Shown here one piece after another: positions 19,191 to 28,198 of a stretch of 64,000 bases of DNA. The notes under the pieces were generated by a model. That model saw only the letters and a list, made by a program, of their open reading frames with translations. It did no database searches and was not told the origin of the DNA. The stretch comes from an uncultured Chloroflexia bacterium. Its GTDB lineage: Bacteria > Chloroflexota > Anaerolineae > Anaerolineales > E44-bin32. The position numbers and the translations under genes are program-made. Each line of letters begins with the position of its first letter. Positions within the stretch are counted from its first letter, which is position 1. The stretch is taken from contig CAWAND010000008.1 in assembly GCA_963783335.1 (NCBI GenBank), forward strand, positions 23,841-87,840, written 5' to 3'.

Positions 19191-19988
19191 ATGACCGCAC
19201 CCACGTTGAACGAGGACAGAGTACGGGACATATCCCAAGATGGGCACGTCCTACGGGTGGAACCCAGCCCGCGGTGGGTCCGAGGCGAGGTGAATGGTCA
19301 GACGGTGGTGGACAGCAAGCATGTACTTCTGGTCATAGCAGATCACCGCCCGCCGACCTACTACTTTCCCCGAGAGGATATTCTCGTCAGCCGCCTCCGT
19401 GCCAACGATCGGGTCGCTCACTACCCCATCCTGGGCGATACAAAGTTCTGGGATCTGCTGAGCGATGGGGTCGTGGCCGAGAACGCTGCGTTCGAACATT
19501 CTGCCCTGCCGGCTGAATTGTCTCTCCTGCGCGATCACCTGGCCTTCAAATGGGACGCCATGGACCACTGGTACGAAGAGGATGAAGAAGTCTTCGTGCA
19601 TGCCCGCAACCCCTACACCCGAATCGATGCTATCCGCAGCACCCGCCATGTCCAGGTCGAGGTCGAAGGGCAGACGGTGGCCAACTCACACGCACCCGTT
19701 CTCCTTTTCGAAACTGGCCAGCCCACTCGCTACTACCTTCCCAAAGAAGACATTCAAATGGACTGGCTGATGCCAACAGAAACTCATACCAGCTGCCCCT
19801 ACAAGGGGACGGCCAGCTACTGGAGTCTGGTCGTCGACGGCAAGGAGTATTCGGATCTTGTTTGGAGCTATCCGGATCCCATTCCTGAGGCAGGGAAAGT
19901 GAAAGGCATGTTCTGCTTCTACAACGAGAAGGTTGATATCATCGTGGACGGCGAGCGTCAGCCGAGACCTCAAACACCCTGGTCTTAG
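19191..19988 (+). CDS. Protein with two tandem DUF427 domains
   Basis: Two similar halves: PRWVRGEVNGQTVVDSKHVLLV...PPTYYFPREDI and TRHVQVEVEGQTVANSHAPVLLFETGQPTRYYLPKEDI. ATG follows GAAGGGAG. Confidence 0.7.
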   Translation: MTAPTLNEDRVRDISQDGHVLRVEPSPRWVRGEVNGQTVVDSKHVLLVIADHRPPTYYFPREDILVSRLRANDRVAHYPILGDTKFWDLLSDGVVAENAAFEHSALPAELSLLRDHLAFKWDAMDHWYEEDEEVFVHARNPYTRIDAIRSTRHVQVEVEGQTVANSHAPVLLFETGQPTRYYLPKEDIQMDWLMPTETHTSCPYKGTASYWSLVVDGKEYSDLVWSYPDPIPEAGKVKGMFCFYNEKVDIIVDGERQPRPQTPWS

Positions 19989-20011
19989 GCCAGGATTTCC
20001 CATTCGACGTT

Positions 20012-20039
20012 CAAGCGCCCCAAGAGTGTGGGGCGCTTG
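20012..20039. terminator. Perfect 10-bp-stem hairpin between convergent genes
   Basis: CAAGCGCCCC, loop aagagtgt, GGGGCGCTTG. Confidence 0.55.
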
Positions 20040-20073
20040 CGTCAGATCAGCTGGGCAGTGAGCAACTGACAGG

Positions 20074-20541
20074 CTAGTCTTCCGCCAGGATTTGCCGCGT
20101 CCAAGGGCCAATCCAGAAGTACTCAAAATCATCCCCGGTCGAGCATTGGATGGCACCGATCGTCCCATGTACCAAAGGGTACACGGGAAGCAAGCTCAGG
20201 ACGCAGACAAACGGGATGCACAGGAGCCCAATCAACACAATAGACATGAGCCCGGTGATCGCCCACAATCCGCCCAGGACAACCCAGGCGCCCAACCACC
20301 ACACCAATTGGAACAACGTGGCCTGGAGTGATTGGAAAGCGACGTACTTTGAGCGGTCCTTGAAGATCAGGAAGATCACCAGCGCCACGACCGGTCCAAG
20401 GGATCCGGTGATCAAGTTGACCAGGACGCTGAGGTGAGCAAGCATCGCCCAAGTTCGTTCCTCGGATGCAGATAGAGGCTGGATCGTCGGTGCGGCCGCG
20501 GCTTTCGTCTTCTTGGCTGGTTGACTGGCTTTTCGGGCCAT
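20074..20541 (-). CDS. DUF4870-like small membrane protein
   Basis: 155 aa. ERTWAMLAHLSVLVNLITGSLGPVVALVIFLIFKDRSKYVAFQSLQATLFQ matches the DUF4870 pattern. It is the 3' part of the chimeric ORF 20074..21126. Confidence 0.65.
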   Translation of the reverse strand: MARKASQPAKKTKAAAAPTIQPLSASEERTWAMLAHLSVLVNLITGSLGPVVALVIFLIFKDRSKYVAFQSLQATLFQLVWWLGAWVVLGGLWAITGLMSIVLIGLLCIPFVCVLSLLPVYPLVHGTIGAIQCSTGDDFEYFWIGPWTRQILAED

Positions 20542-20672
20542 GGTGGTCCTCCGCCATTCGGTTGTCGATGCGGGTGCTTCCGGTCCCAGTATAGCCGCCC
20601 AGCGCAAGAGAGACAACGTCATCCTTGCGTGCGGCAGCCGAATGTGAATTCGTGAAGGGTGTGTCTGGGCGC

Positions 20673-21126
20673 TTAGTCTCCGGAGACTCGCTTCCGCCAC
20701 AGAAGCAGCCCGGCCACAATGACCAAGAGACCCCCGGCAATCAAGACCAACGTCATGCGACCTCCGGCGACCGAGTTGGCTTGCGACACGGCGAACTGGT
20801 AGCTTCCGGTTGTGGTATGGCCGTCCGAGGTCACGGCTGTCCAGGCAACTGTGTACGTTCCCGGCGGCAGGGCTCTGCTCGAAGGCGGCGGTCAGGGTCG
20901 TGCCTTCGACGGTTTGGGACCAGTTCGCCGCCAGTTGGAAATCGGCAGCGATGAGCAGGATTTGGCTCTGGTCTGTGATTTCATCGTCGAACTTCAGCAC
21001 GATCTCAGTCAAAGGCTCTGGGACAACTTCCCCGGGCCCCGGGGAGGCGCTCACCAGCTCAGCATGGGCCGAGGCAGGCAAAGCCAACACCACTGCGAGG
21101 AGCACCACGCAGGGAAGCAGCCGCAA
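20673..21126 (-). pseudogene. copC: CopC-domain periplasmic copper-binding protein with C-terminal TM anchor, frame broken near 20858-20876
   Basis: Signal peptide, then HAELVSASPGPGEVV...TAAFEQS in one frame. ALPPGTYTVAWTAVTSDGHTTTGSYQFAVS...LVLIAGGLLVIVAGLLLWRKRVSGD follows in the +1 frame. The 454-nt span is 3n+1. A GGG/CCC run lies at the junction. Confidence 0.8.
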
Positions 21127-21132
21127 GGCGTC

Positions 21133-22089
21133 TCAAGATCCCTCCAGCTCCGAAAGGGCTTGCTCGAGTTCCCCTGGCGAGAGTGGGCCACCCAGGCGAG
21201 CCGCGACCTTGCCCTGAGCGTCGATCACGAACGTCCAGGGTTCACTGGTCAGACCCCATGTCTCCATCTCATCGGCGTACACCAGGGGCTGGAACTGCTT
21301 GTAGACCTCAATATGGATGAAGTTGACCTGGCCTTTGTGGTCAGCGGCGACCGCTTTGACCGAATTGAGGACCGGCGCGCACATCCGGCTGGTGCAGTAT
21401 GCGGGCGTGGCAAATGACACCACAGTCGGCCGGCCAGAGTCCAGGGCTTGTGCTACTGTCATCCGGTACAAATCCGGGTCGGGGTCCAAATCGCTGGTGA
21501 GCAGGTCAATATCAGGCTCGGTACCCAGGGTCCGATTGTGGCTGGCGGGCGGCGTGTCGCCGATCTGCGGTGACTTGATCGAGCTCGCCACCTGAACCGC
21601 AAACTGCCCATCGCTCACGCTGCCGTCGCTGGCCACCAGATGGACGACCACCGCCCAGAAGCCCGCCTTGGGGAAATCAGGATAGATCACCCAGTAGGGA
21701 ATGTCATAGTCGGGATAGCTGGTCGCCTCCCCATGCCAGACGGATTTTGACTGTCCAGCGCCTATCGGGTAGACATCCACCTCGGCCAATTCGTAACCGG
21801 CGGCAGGCTTGCCGCCATCAAAGGCGACGAAGGGCACCCTATTTACGCCGGCCACGAAACCATCTGTGCCGACAGCAATGGCCAAACCAGACGGCGCCTC
21901 AAGCGGCTGGGACGTGGGTGCCGGCGCGGCCTCCGGGGCACAACCTGCCACGGCAAGGATAAGCAAACCCACCCAGAAGCTGCCAATGACAGACGGAAGC
22001 CGGCCAGCCAATTGACGGTTGGACCAAACCAAAGTAGCCCTGCCTTTCACTTCCTGCAAGCCCCCGAATTTTTGCCGACCGAGAGCCAT
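21133..22089 (-). CDS. Lipoprotein with N-terminal unknown domain and C-terminal thioredoxin-like fold (Cys-X4-Cys)
   Basis: Lipobox LAVAGC. C-terminal TVVSFATPAYCTSRMCAPVLNSVKAV...FIHIEVY...EPWTFVIDAQGKV resembles the TlpA/Sco/redoxin fold. Confidence 0.6.
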   Translation of the reverse strand: MALGRQKFGGLQEVKGRATLVWSNRQLAGRLPSVIGSFWVGLLILAVAGCAPEAAPAPTSQPLEAPSGLAIAVGTDGFVAGVNRVPFVAFDGGKPAAGYELAEVDVYPIGAGQSKSVWHGEATSYPDYDIPYWVIYPDFPKAGFWAVVVHLVASDGSVSDGQFAVQVASSIKSPQIGDTPPASHNRTLGTEPDIDLLTSDLDPDPDLYRMTVAQALDSGRPTVVSFATPAYCTSRMCAPVLNSVKAVAADHKGQVNFIHIEVYKQFQPLVYADEMETWGLTSEPWTFVIDAQGKVAARLGGPLSPGELEQALSELEGS

Positions 22090-22163
22090 GGGGTAGACAA
22101 ACGGCTCGGGCTGGAAGGTGACACCTTCCAGCCCGCAACCACCCCTCCCAAGGGCAATCGACG

Positions 22164-22586
22164 CTATTGAACGGTCAGATTGGTGTGCATTCCCTGCTTG
22201 TAGTGACCTTCAACATTGCACATGATCACGTAGTGACCCGGGTCGAGATTGACGGTCAGGTCCTCACTGTTGCCGGGTTCGAGATCTTCGACTTCGTCCA
22301 CGACGCTGATCTGGTCTTCATCGACGTTGCCATCGGCGTCCGTGGGGAGATCCGCCGAGTCGAGATCCGTCTTGACAATCACGAACTCGTGAGTTTCATT
22401 GTCCGTGGTGACGTTGCTGACATGGAATGTGGTCTGCCCGGCAGACACGCTCGACTTGGCCAAATCAATCTCGTAGGATTTGACGTCCGCATTGACCGCC
22501 CCGGAGCCACCACAAGCGGCCAACAGCGGAACAACCAGGAACGCAAGGGCCAGTACTGCAAACAGCCTGCGACCTCTTTGATGCAT
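22164..22586 (-). CDS. Cupredoxin-like (type-1 copper) lipoprotein
   Basis: Lipobox LLAACGG. Putative Cu ligands are H in ETHEF, then C-x4-H-x4-M in MCNVEGHYKQGM. Confidence 0.75.
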   Translation of the reverse strand: MHQRGRRLFAVLALAFLVVPLLAACGGSGAVNADVKSYEIDLAKSSVSAGQTTFHVSNVTTDNETHEFVIVKTDLDSADLPTDADGNVDEDQISVVDEVEDLEPGNSEDLTVNLDPGHYVIMCNVEGHYKQGMHTNLTVQ

Positions 22587-22734
22587 CTTCTTCCTCCTCC
22601 AAGAGTTTGGAAAACATCGCCTGGACGGTCAAAGGATGGACGGGCTGCCACCAGGCATGGCGTCTTCAGTGTGAGTATTCCACAGCCGGGCGCGGCTGTC
22701 TTTAGGCCAGCCTTTCACCGACCTAAGGCTGAGC

Positions 22735-23367
22735 TTAGGGGGCCCAAAAGACCGTCAGACAAGGCGGGGAAAGGCTGAGTTCCGGCAAAGGCAAGACTCT
22801 CTCAGCCCTATCGAGTATGAGCAGGTCCGGCCCAATGTCCGCAACGCGGTCAAGGATGAGTTCCGCTGGAATCCGATCCTGGACTGGTTGGAGGTCGGAA
22901 AGGGACAACGTCACCAAGTCAACTCCCAGGCGCCTGGAAAGCAGCTCTGCGAAGTGGGAGGCGTGGTGGCCAGAAGTTGGATCGGATGCGATGGTGACGA
23001 TCTTGCGGACGCTGGTCTGCCGAGGGACAAGCCAAAGCGAGCACGGCAGGCCACCCAGCAGTTCCGCAAGCATCTTGCCCGGGGCGTCGGCCGGATGCCC
23101 CCAAAACACACCATCGGTGGCATCAGCTTGGGCACCGAGGGTCTCAGCATCCAGATGGGCCACCAGACGGCTTTCGACGACGATACCGGCTGCGCGCGCC
23201 CCGGTTTCAAATTCAGCCAGCCATTGGCTGGCCGTACGCTCACCAGCTGGGTCCTTGGCGGCAAGGCCAATCAGCCGCGAGCCCAATCTCGCCGCCAGAT
23301 GGAAAGCAGAATAGGCTGCTTCCCATGATATGGGTGTTCCATCGAGCACCACCAGATACGACTTCAT
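22735..23367 (-). CDS. Universal-stress-protein-like protein (weak)
   Basis: MKSYLVVLDGTPIS... and a later ...IVTIASDPTSG... repeat suggest a tandem USP-like alpha/beta fold. ATG at 23367 follows GGGGAG. Confidence 0.4.
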   Translation of the reverse strand: MKSYLVVLDGTPISWEAAYSAFHLAARLGSRLIGLAAKDPAGERTASQWLAEFETGARAAGIVVESRLVAHLDAETLGAQADATDGVFWGHPADAPGKMLAELLGGLPCSLWLVPRQTSVRKIVTIASDPTSGHHASHFAELLSRRLGVDLVTLSLSDLQPVQDRIPAELILDRVADIGPDLLILDRAERVLPLPELSLSPPCLTVFWAP

Positions 23368-23473
23368 CTCCCCTGCCTGCCGCTCAGCTTGCGCGGCGCG
23401 CGATCGGCTTCTAGCCCAAGATGTGCAGAGCATAGCCGATGGCAGGCACGCGAGGCCTTAGCCGTCGATTATC

Positions 23474-23491
23474 GTGACCTATTGGTGACCT
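23474..23491. promoter_or_regulatory. Direct repeat GTGACCT-N4-GTGACCT (11-bp period), candidate OmpR-family response-regulator site
   Basis: Read directly in the 128-nt gap between the histidine-kinase stop (23496) and the USP-like gene start (23367). Confidence 0.3.
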
Positions 23492-23495
23492 TAGA

Positions 23496-24906
23496 TCAGT
23501 GCGTGGGGAGCCTCACCTCGGATTGGAGCCCGCCATCCGGCCGATTGGTGAGAGAAACTTGACCGCCATGCGCCAACACCAACTGATGGACGATGGATAG
23601 ACCCAGGCCAAGCCCAGACTGGGCTCGCTGGCCCTCCCGCCCCTGATAGAAGGGCTCGAAAATATGCTCGAGGTCCCTGTCAGATATGCCAGGCCCTTCA
23701 TCTGAGATGGTGAAGGCGATTTCGCCGGGCTGCTTGTGCACCCCAATCTTAATTTCTCCGCCGGGGGGAGAGTACTTCGAGCGCGTTGTCCAGCAGATTG
23801 CCCATAATTTGGGACAGCCGCCGCTCATCGGCCGATAAAGCGTCCAGACCCGGCTCCAGATCAAGGCTGAGATGCACGCCCTTCGCATTGGCCGTCGGCC
23901 AATGCCGTGAAATGAGCCCGCGCATGAACGGTTCGATTGCCACGCGGCCAATCTTGAGGGGCACTGGCTGCTGAGTCGGCCGGGCCGCCAATGCCAGATC
24001 TTCCACCATGTCGTCGACTCTCTGCACTGACTTGCTCATACTTTCAAGCAGCTCGTCCGCGAGATCCGGATCTCGCAAGGCGCCGGTGCGAAGGCTGTCA
24101 ATCCCCAACTGCAACCCCCCCAAGGGCCGCGCCAGCTCATGGGTCACATTGCCGATCATCGTGTTGCGCGCGTTGTGTTCGGCTTCAAGGTCCGCCGCCA
24201 TCCGGTTGAGGTGCGTGGCCAACTGAGCGAGCTCCTCTGGGCCTTCTTCGGGGAGTCGCAACCCATAATCGCCATCGGCGACTCGCGAAGCCAGCATTTT
24301 TGCGTCATCGATGCGCCTGGTCAGGCGTGCCGACAGCCACAAGCTGGCCAACAAGCTTGCCCCGGCCAAGGTGATGCCCAACCAGAACAAGCCCAGACGA
24401 GTCCGGCGCAGCCCAGCTTCAAATTCCCCCAGGGGATCCACCAGACAGATGGCGCCCATGATTCTGCCGTCGTCCGTCCTGACCGGCACAGCGGCATACA
24501 GATACTCATCGCGGTTGAGGGTCCCATAATAGACTTCGCGAACGGTGGGCTGTCCTTCCAGCGCCAGCCCGCCGATCGAGGCCACATCCTTGGCCACACG
24601 GTCATCGATCAGCTGGCCATGGATTTGGAACACGGACAATCTGGGTGAGACGAAGGCCACACTCAGGTCCTCATCGGCATGATCAGGCAAGGTGCCCCAC
24701 ACCCTCGGCGGTTCGCCGGGGGAGAGGCCATCAAAATCAAGTATGGACGACCACAACCAGGCCTGGGTCCTCAAGTCATCAAGCAGCTCTGTCTCGAGCG
24801 ACTCCTCCTGACGCATCGACAGGAAAAGCGAGACAGAGACTCCCAAGACCACCGCGATGAGCGCGTGGCTGAGTCCGAGCAGCATACCGATGCGGATACG
24901 GGGCAT
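23496..24906 (-). pseudogene. Sensor histidine kinase (2 TM, HAMP, HisKA, HATPase_c), frame broken near 23777-23784
   Basis: ORF 23749..24939 ends ...SQIMGNLLDNALEVLSPRRRN. ORF 23496..23951 carries the continuation KYSPPGGEIKIGVHKQPGEIAFTISDEGPGI...GLGLGLSIVHQLV. The 1411-nt span is 3n+1. Likely start is MPRIRIG at 24906. Confidence 0.85.
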
Positions 24907-24910
24907 ACGA

Positions 24911-25597
24911 TTAGGGCATGAACTTGTAACCCACGCCACGCAGCGTTAGGAGGTGGCGCGGGTCGGAAGGGTCGAGTTCGATCTTGGTCCGCAGCCCACG
25001 AATCTGAACGTAAAGCACCTGGGGCTCGCCAACAAACTCATGACCCCAGACCCCATCCAAAAGCTCCTCGGTGGAAAAGACGCGATCGGGGTTGCTCATA
25101 AACAGCCGCAGCAGATCAAATTCGCGCGGGGCCAGCGTAAGCGGTTCCCCCTTCAGCGTGGCCCGGTGGGCAGCCGGATCAAGGCGGAAGTCCCCGCAGA
25201 TCAAGACACCCGCTTCATGGGGCTCGCTTGGCCCCTCTTGCCGCCGGAGCAGGGCCCGTACATGGGCGAGCACCAGGTCGGCGCCGCACGGCTTGGTGAT
25301 GTAGTCATCGGCGCCCGCCTCCAGCCCGACTATTTCGTCGATCTCGAGGCGGCGGGCTGTCAGGAACATGACCGGAATGCCATAGTCTTGTTTGACATTG
25401 CGGCACAAGTTGAGCCCGCCGTCGTCGGGAAGCCCAATATCGAGGATTGCCAAGTCGAAGGCATGCAGCTTGAGCTGCTGCAGAGCAGCCCGGGTATCGC
25501 CAGAAGGCGTCACACGATAGCCAGCCTGCTCGAGTTGGAATTTCATCGATTTGCGAATCAGTGGATCGTCGTCGACCACGAGGATCCGCTCGTTCAT
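24911..25597 (-). CDS. OmpR/PhoB-family response regulator
   Basis: Receiver domain (ILVVDDD...DLAILDIGLPD...TAR) plus winged-helix trans_reg_C (REFDLLRLFMSNPDRVFSTEELL...TLRGVGYKF). Confidence 0.9.
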   Translation of the reverse strand: MNERILVVDDDPLIRKSMKFQLEQAGYRVTPSGDTRAALQQLKLHAFDLAILDIGLPDDGGLNLCRNVKQDYGIPVMFLTARRLEIDEIVGLEAGADDYITKPCGADLVLAHVRALLRRQEGPSEPHEAGVLICGDFRLDPAAHRATLKGEPLTLAPREFDLLRLFMSNPDRVFSTEELLDGVWGHEFVGEPQVLYVQIRGLRTKIELDPSDPRHLLTLRGVGYKFMP

Positions 25598-26031
25598 TCT
25601 GGTTTCCTAGAATCCCGTCGCCTTGCCTGGGACGCCATCTGGCCGGCAGCCTCGGGGTGGCTTCCCGAGCGTCCAGGCGACCTGCTCGGGGTGGTTCCTT
25701 CAAGGCCAGCGGCGTGGCTCATGACATATGAAAGAGCGTGCGGCGAGTCGGCGATCAGAAGATGGACGGCGAACATGTCGGCAGCTGGCAACACTCGCCA
25801 GAACGATCTAAGGATGATGGCAGAGCGAAGGCGTGGATTGATGGCTCCAGTGCTACCGGGGCCTGATCCCGCCGAGCGCCGCCCCTTGACGCTTGCTCCC
25901 CGGTCGAATTCCGCTGCCCGGCCCAGGATGCACAGTCTAACCCAAGTCGATGCAAAGGCCAAGGCCGTCACCCGCAGCACGCCGGGCGTTCACGCTGGCC
26001 TGTGGCAGAAGGACTGATCGAAAGCCCTGAT

Positions 26032-26049
26032 GGTGAAGGAATTCACCTA
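26032..26049. promoter_or_regulatory. Degenerate Rex-type palindrome TGGTGAAggaaTTCACCT (11/14 consensus positions)
   Basis: Read directly. Lies in the 483-nt unassigned region between ctaB and the response-regulator gene. Confidence 0.3.
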
Positions 26050-26080
26050 CGGGTTGTACGGATTTAGGGAAAGAGATGTA

Positions 26081-27091
26081 TCAGAAGAGACTGGCGCCAG
26101 TGGCCGCCAGGAGGATGATCATCAGGTAGCCGTTGGAGGCCATGAAGGCTCGCCGGATCTGGGCTGGCGAAGGGCTGCCCAGCAGAGCCACACCCGTGGA
26201 CGACCACCAGGCGAATGCCGCGGCGCTAGACAACGTGTAGCCCCACCCCATCCCGGGTGTCAACGCGAGCCCGAGTCCAGCCAGGCCGGTTACAAGCGTA
26301 TGGATCAGGATCCACACCCCCGCCGAACCGACGGGGGTTGAGGCCCCAAGCATGGGAAAACCCGATCGCTGATAGTCCTTGCGGTAGAGGAGGGACAGGC
26401 TCCAGAAGTGGGAGGGAGTCCAGGCAAACACCAGCAAGCTCAGTATCAGGACAGCCGCCGCCCGCCATGCCCCCACGGCGGCGCCTCCTGCCAGAACGGC
26501 GGCGCTGCCGGCAGCGCCGCCGAGCACAATATTGAGAATTGTCCGCGGCTTGAGCCATAGGGTGTAGACACCCACATAGATCACCGCCCCAAGCAGCAAG
26601 AAGAAAGCCAATGCTGGGTTCGACTTCATCAGCGCAAGCGGCGGCAGGACCACCATCCCGGCGGCAATAGCCAGAAAACCCAACGGGTGTGGTAGAGACC
26701 CCGTCACCATGGGCCGGCGGAGGGTGCGCTTCATTCGGCCATCCACATCACGTTCGAGAATCTGGTTGATGGCCGAGGCGCCCGCAGCGGCCGAGAAACC
26801 GGAAAGCGCCAGCACGGCAAGATCCACCAACATTGGACGTCCGCCTGCGCCGAGAAAGGCGCCACCGATGGCCGCCAACAGAAGCAGGGCCACGACACGC
26901 ACCTTGAAGAGCACGGCCAATTGTCCCAACCAATACCCAGGTCCGGATCCCGGCACGTCCCGGTGCAACGGGCGGAGCAGGCCGGTGGCCTTGCCAGGAC
27001 GAAGGGGTAGATTCTGCCCGCTGCCCTTGTGTGGGCTCGGGAAGTTGTCGGCCGTGATGGACGAACGGGCGGTGTCAACCAGATCGGTCAC
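26081..27091 (-). CDS. ctaB: Protoheme IX farnesyltransferase (heme O synthase)
   Basis: UbiA-family polytopic protein with NQILERDVDGRMKRTLRRP (D-rich motif). Located at the end of the cox cluster. Confidence 0.85.
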   Translation of the reverse strand: MTDLVDTARSSITADNFPSPHKGSGQNLPLRPGKATGLLRPLHRDVPGSGPGYWLGQLAVLFKVRVVALLLLAAIGGAFLGAGGRPMLVDLAVLALSGFSAAAGASAINQILERDVDGRMKRTLRRPMVTGSLPHPLGFLAIAAGMVVLPPLALMKSNPALAFFLLLGAVIYVGVYTLWLKPRTILNIVLGGAAGSAAVLAGGAAVGAWRAAAVLILSLLVFAWTPSHFWSLSLLYRKDYQRSGFPMLGASTPVGSAGVWILIHTLVTGLAGLGLALTPGMGWGYTLSSAAAFAWWSSTGVALLGSPSPAQIRRAFMASNGYLMIILLAATGASLF

Positions 27092-27115
27092 AAGCGGGTC
27101 CTCAATCGCTCACCG

Positions 27116-27400
27116 CTAGAAGTGCGGCATAACGAGCAGCATGATCAGGATAATCGGAGTGTTAACGACGACCCCGACGATGAAAGACCAGCGCCAAAGG
27201 CGGTGACCGCCTCGCAGGCCCATGAAGAACGAAACCAGGGAGCCGGCATTCACCACCAGCAGAGTCAGGAGCACGGCCGTGCGCGCTGCGCCCTGCAGGG
27301 CATAGCTGGTGGCGACTTCGGCTGCCAGCACCAACAGCAGCCAGATGAAGGCCCGGTTGTACAGGGATTGCTTTGATCCTGAAGCCATTTCTTGCGCCAT
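27116..27400 (-). CDS. Small 3-TM protein, prokaryotic cytochrome oxidase subunit IV (CyoD/CtaF-like)
   Basis: 94 aa, hydrophobic, immediately downstream of a subunit III gene. Lies in the same frame as the longer spurious ORF 27116..27934. Confidence 0.5.
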   Translation of the reverse strand: MAQEMASGSKQSLYNRAFIWLLLVLAAEVATSYALQGAARTAVLLTLLVVNAGSLVSFFMGLRGGHRLWRWSFIVGVVVNTPIILIMLLVMPHF

Positions 27401-27414
27401 CGACCACCTCTCTC

Positions 27415-27996
27415 CTAGACCAGGTAGAACAGGACGAAGATCACGCCCCACACCAGGTCGACAAAGTGCCAGTAGAGGCTGAACTGCTCCAACCCGCGAT
27501 GGTCGGCCTCCGTGTAGGCTCCGCGCCAGGCCGAGACCAGGACGACCGCCAGCCAAATCAAGCCGACCAGAACATGGGTCCCATGAACCCCGGTGACGGT
27601 GAAGAAGGGCGTGCCAAAGATGGTATCGATGCCAAAGCCATCGGCGAACAGATTTGACCACTCGTAGGCCTGCCCCGCCAGAAACACGGCCCCCAGCACG
27701 AAGGTGGCCACCAGCGCCATCCGCATGGCTCCTGACTTGCCGGCACGAATGGCCTCTACGGCACGCAGCAGCATGTAGCTGCTCGAGAGCAGGATGACCG
27801 TGTTCAAGGCGATCAGCGGCAGATTGATTGCAGCCCGCACCTCGGCAAAGTCGGCCGGCGACCTGAGGCGGAAATACACATAGGCCAGGATCAATGTGAC
27901 AAAAAAGACCACCTCCCCGCCGAGGAACAACCACATGGCAATCTTGGCGTTGTCCTTCTGCGCCAGCGGAGGCGCACCGAGATTGGCCTCAGTCAT
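27415..27996 (-). CDS. Heme-copper oxidase subunit III-like, five-helix form
   Basis: MWLFLGGEVVFF...LNTVILLSSS...FFTVTGVHGTHVLVG...YWHFVDLVWGVIF are subunit III signatures. ATG at 27996 follows GAGGAGG. Confidence 0.8.
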   Translation of the reverse strand: MTEANLGAPPLAQKDNAKIAMWLFLGGEVVFFVTLILAYVYFRLRSPADFAEVRAAINLPLIALNTVILLSSSYMLLRAVEAIRAGKSGAMRMALVATFVLGAVFLAGQAYEWSNLFADGFGIDTIFGTPFFTVTGVHGTHVLVGLIWLAVVLVSAWRGAYTEADHRGLEQFSLYWHFVDLVWGVIFVLFYLV

Positions 27997-28198
27997 GGTG
28001 CGCCTCCTCATCCATGTCCAAGGACCGGTTCTCCCACGTCCAGCCCACGATTGCAGCCAGGACCACCACGATCCCGATGACGGAGATGATCGACGTGCTG
28101 ACCACACCCACCGCCATCAACAGCACGCCAGCAGCCAGCACGATCGGCCAGAAGCTGGGAGGCGGCAAATGAATGGTCGGCTTCTCAGGGTTTTGCAT
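27989..28198 (-). CDS. 69-aa two-TM protein resembling the N-terminal two helices of canonical oxidase subunit III
   Basis: PTIHLPPPSFWPIVLAAGVLLMAVGVV...GWTWEN resembles the HxxLPPSxWP...GWW N-terminus of 7-TM subunit III. Its stop overlaps the next ATG (ATGACTGA). Confidence 0.5.
   Translation of the reverse strand: MQNPEKPTIHLPPPSFWPIVLAAGVLLMAVGVVSTSIISVIGIVVVLAAIVGWTWENRSLDMDEEAHHD

Noticed and set aside
20642-20658. ATGTGAATTCGTGAAGG near the CopC stop as a Rex-type site
   Set aside because: It is a direct repeat of GTGAA, not an inverted repeat. There is no TTCAC partner.
22669-22686. TGTGAGTATTCCACAG upstream of the cupredoxin gene as a further Rex/CRP-type site
   Set aside because: The right half-site is out of register by one base (spacer N3/N5 rather than N4), and it matches poorly when forced to the N4 spacing.
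25594-25980. 128-aa ORF upstream of the response regulator as a confident gene call
   Set aside because: The composition (R/S/G/A-rich) and lack of any motif argue against it. It is kept only as an open question in the findings.
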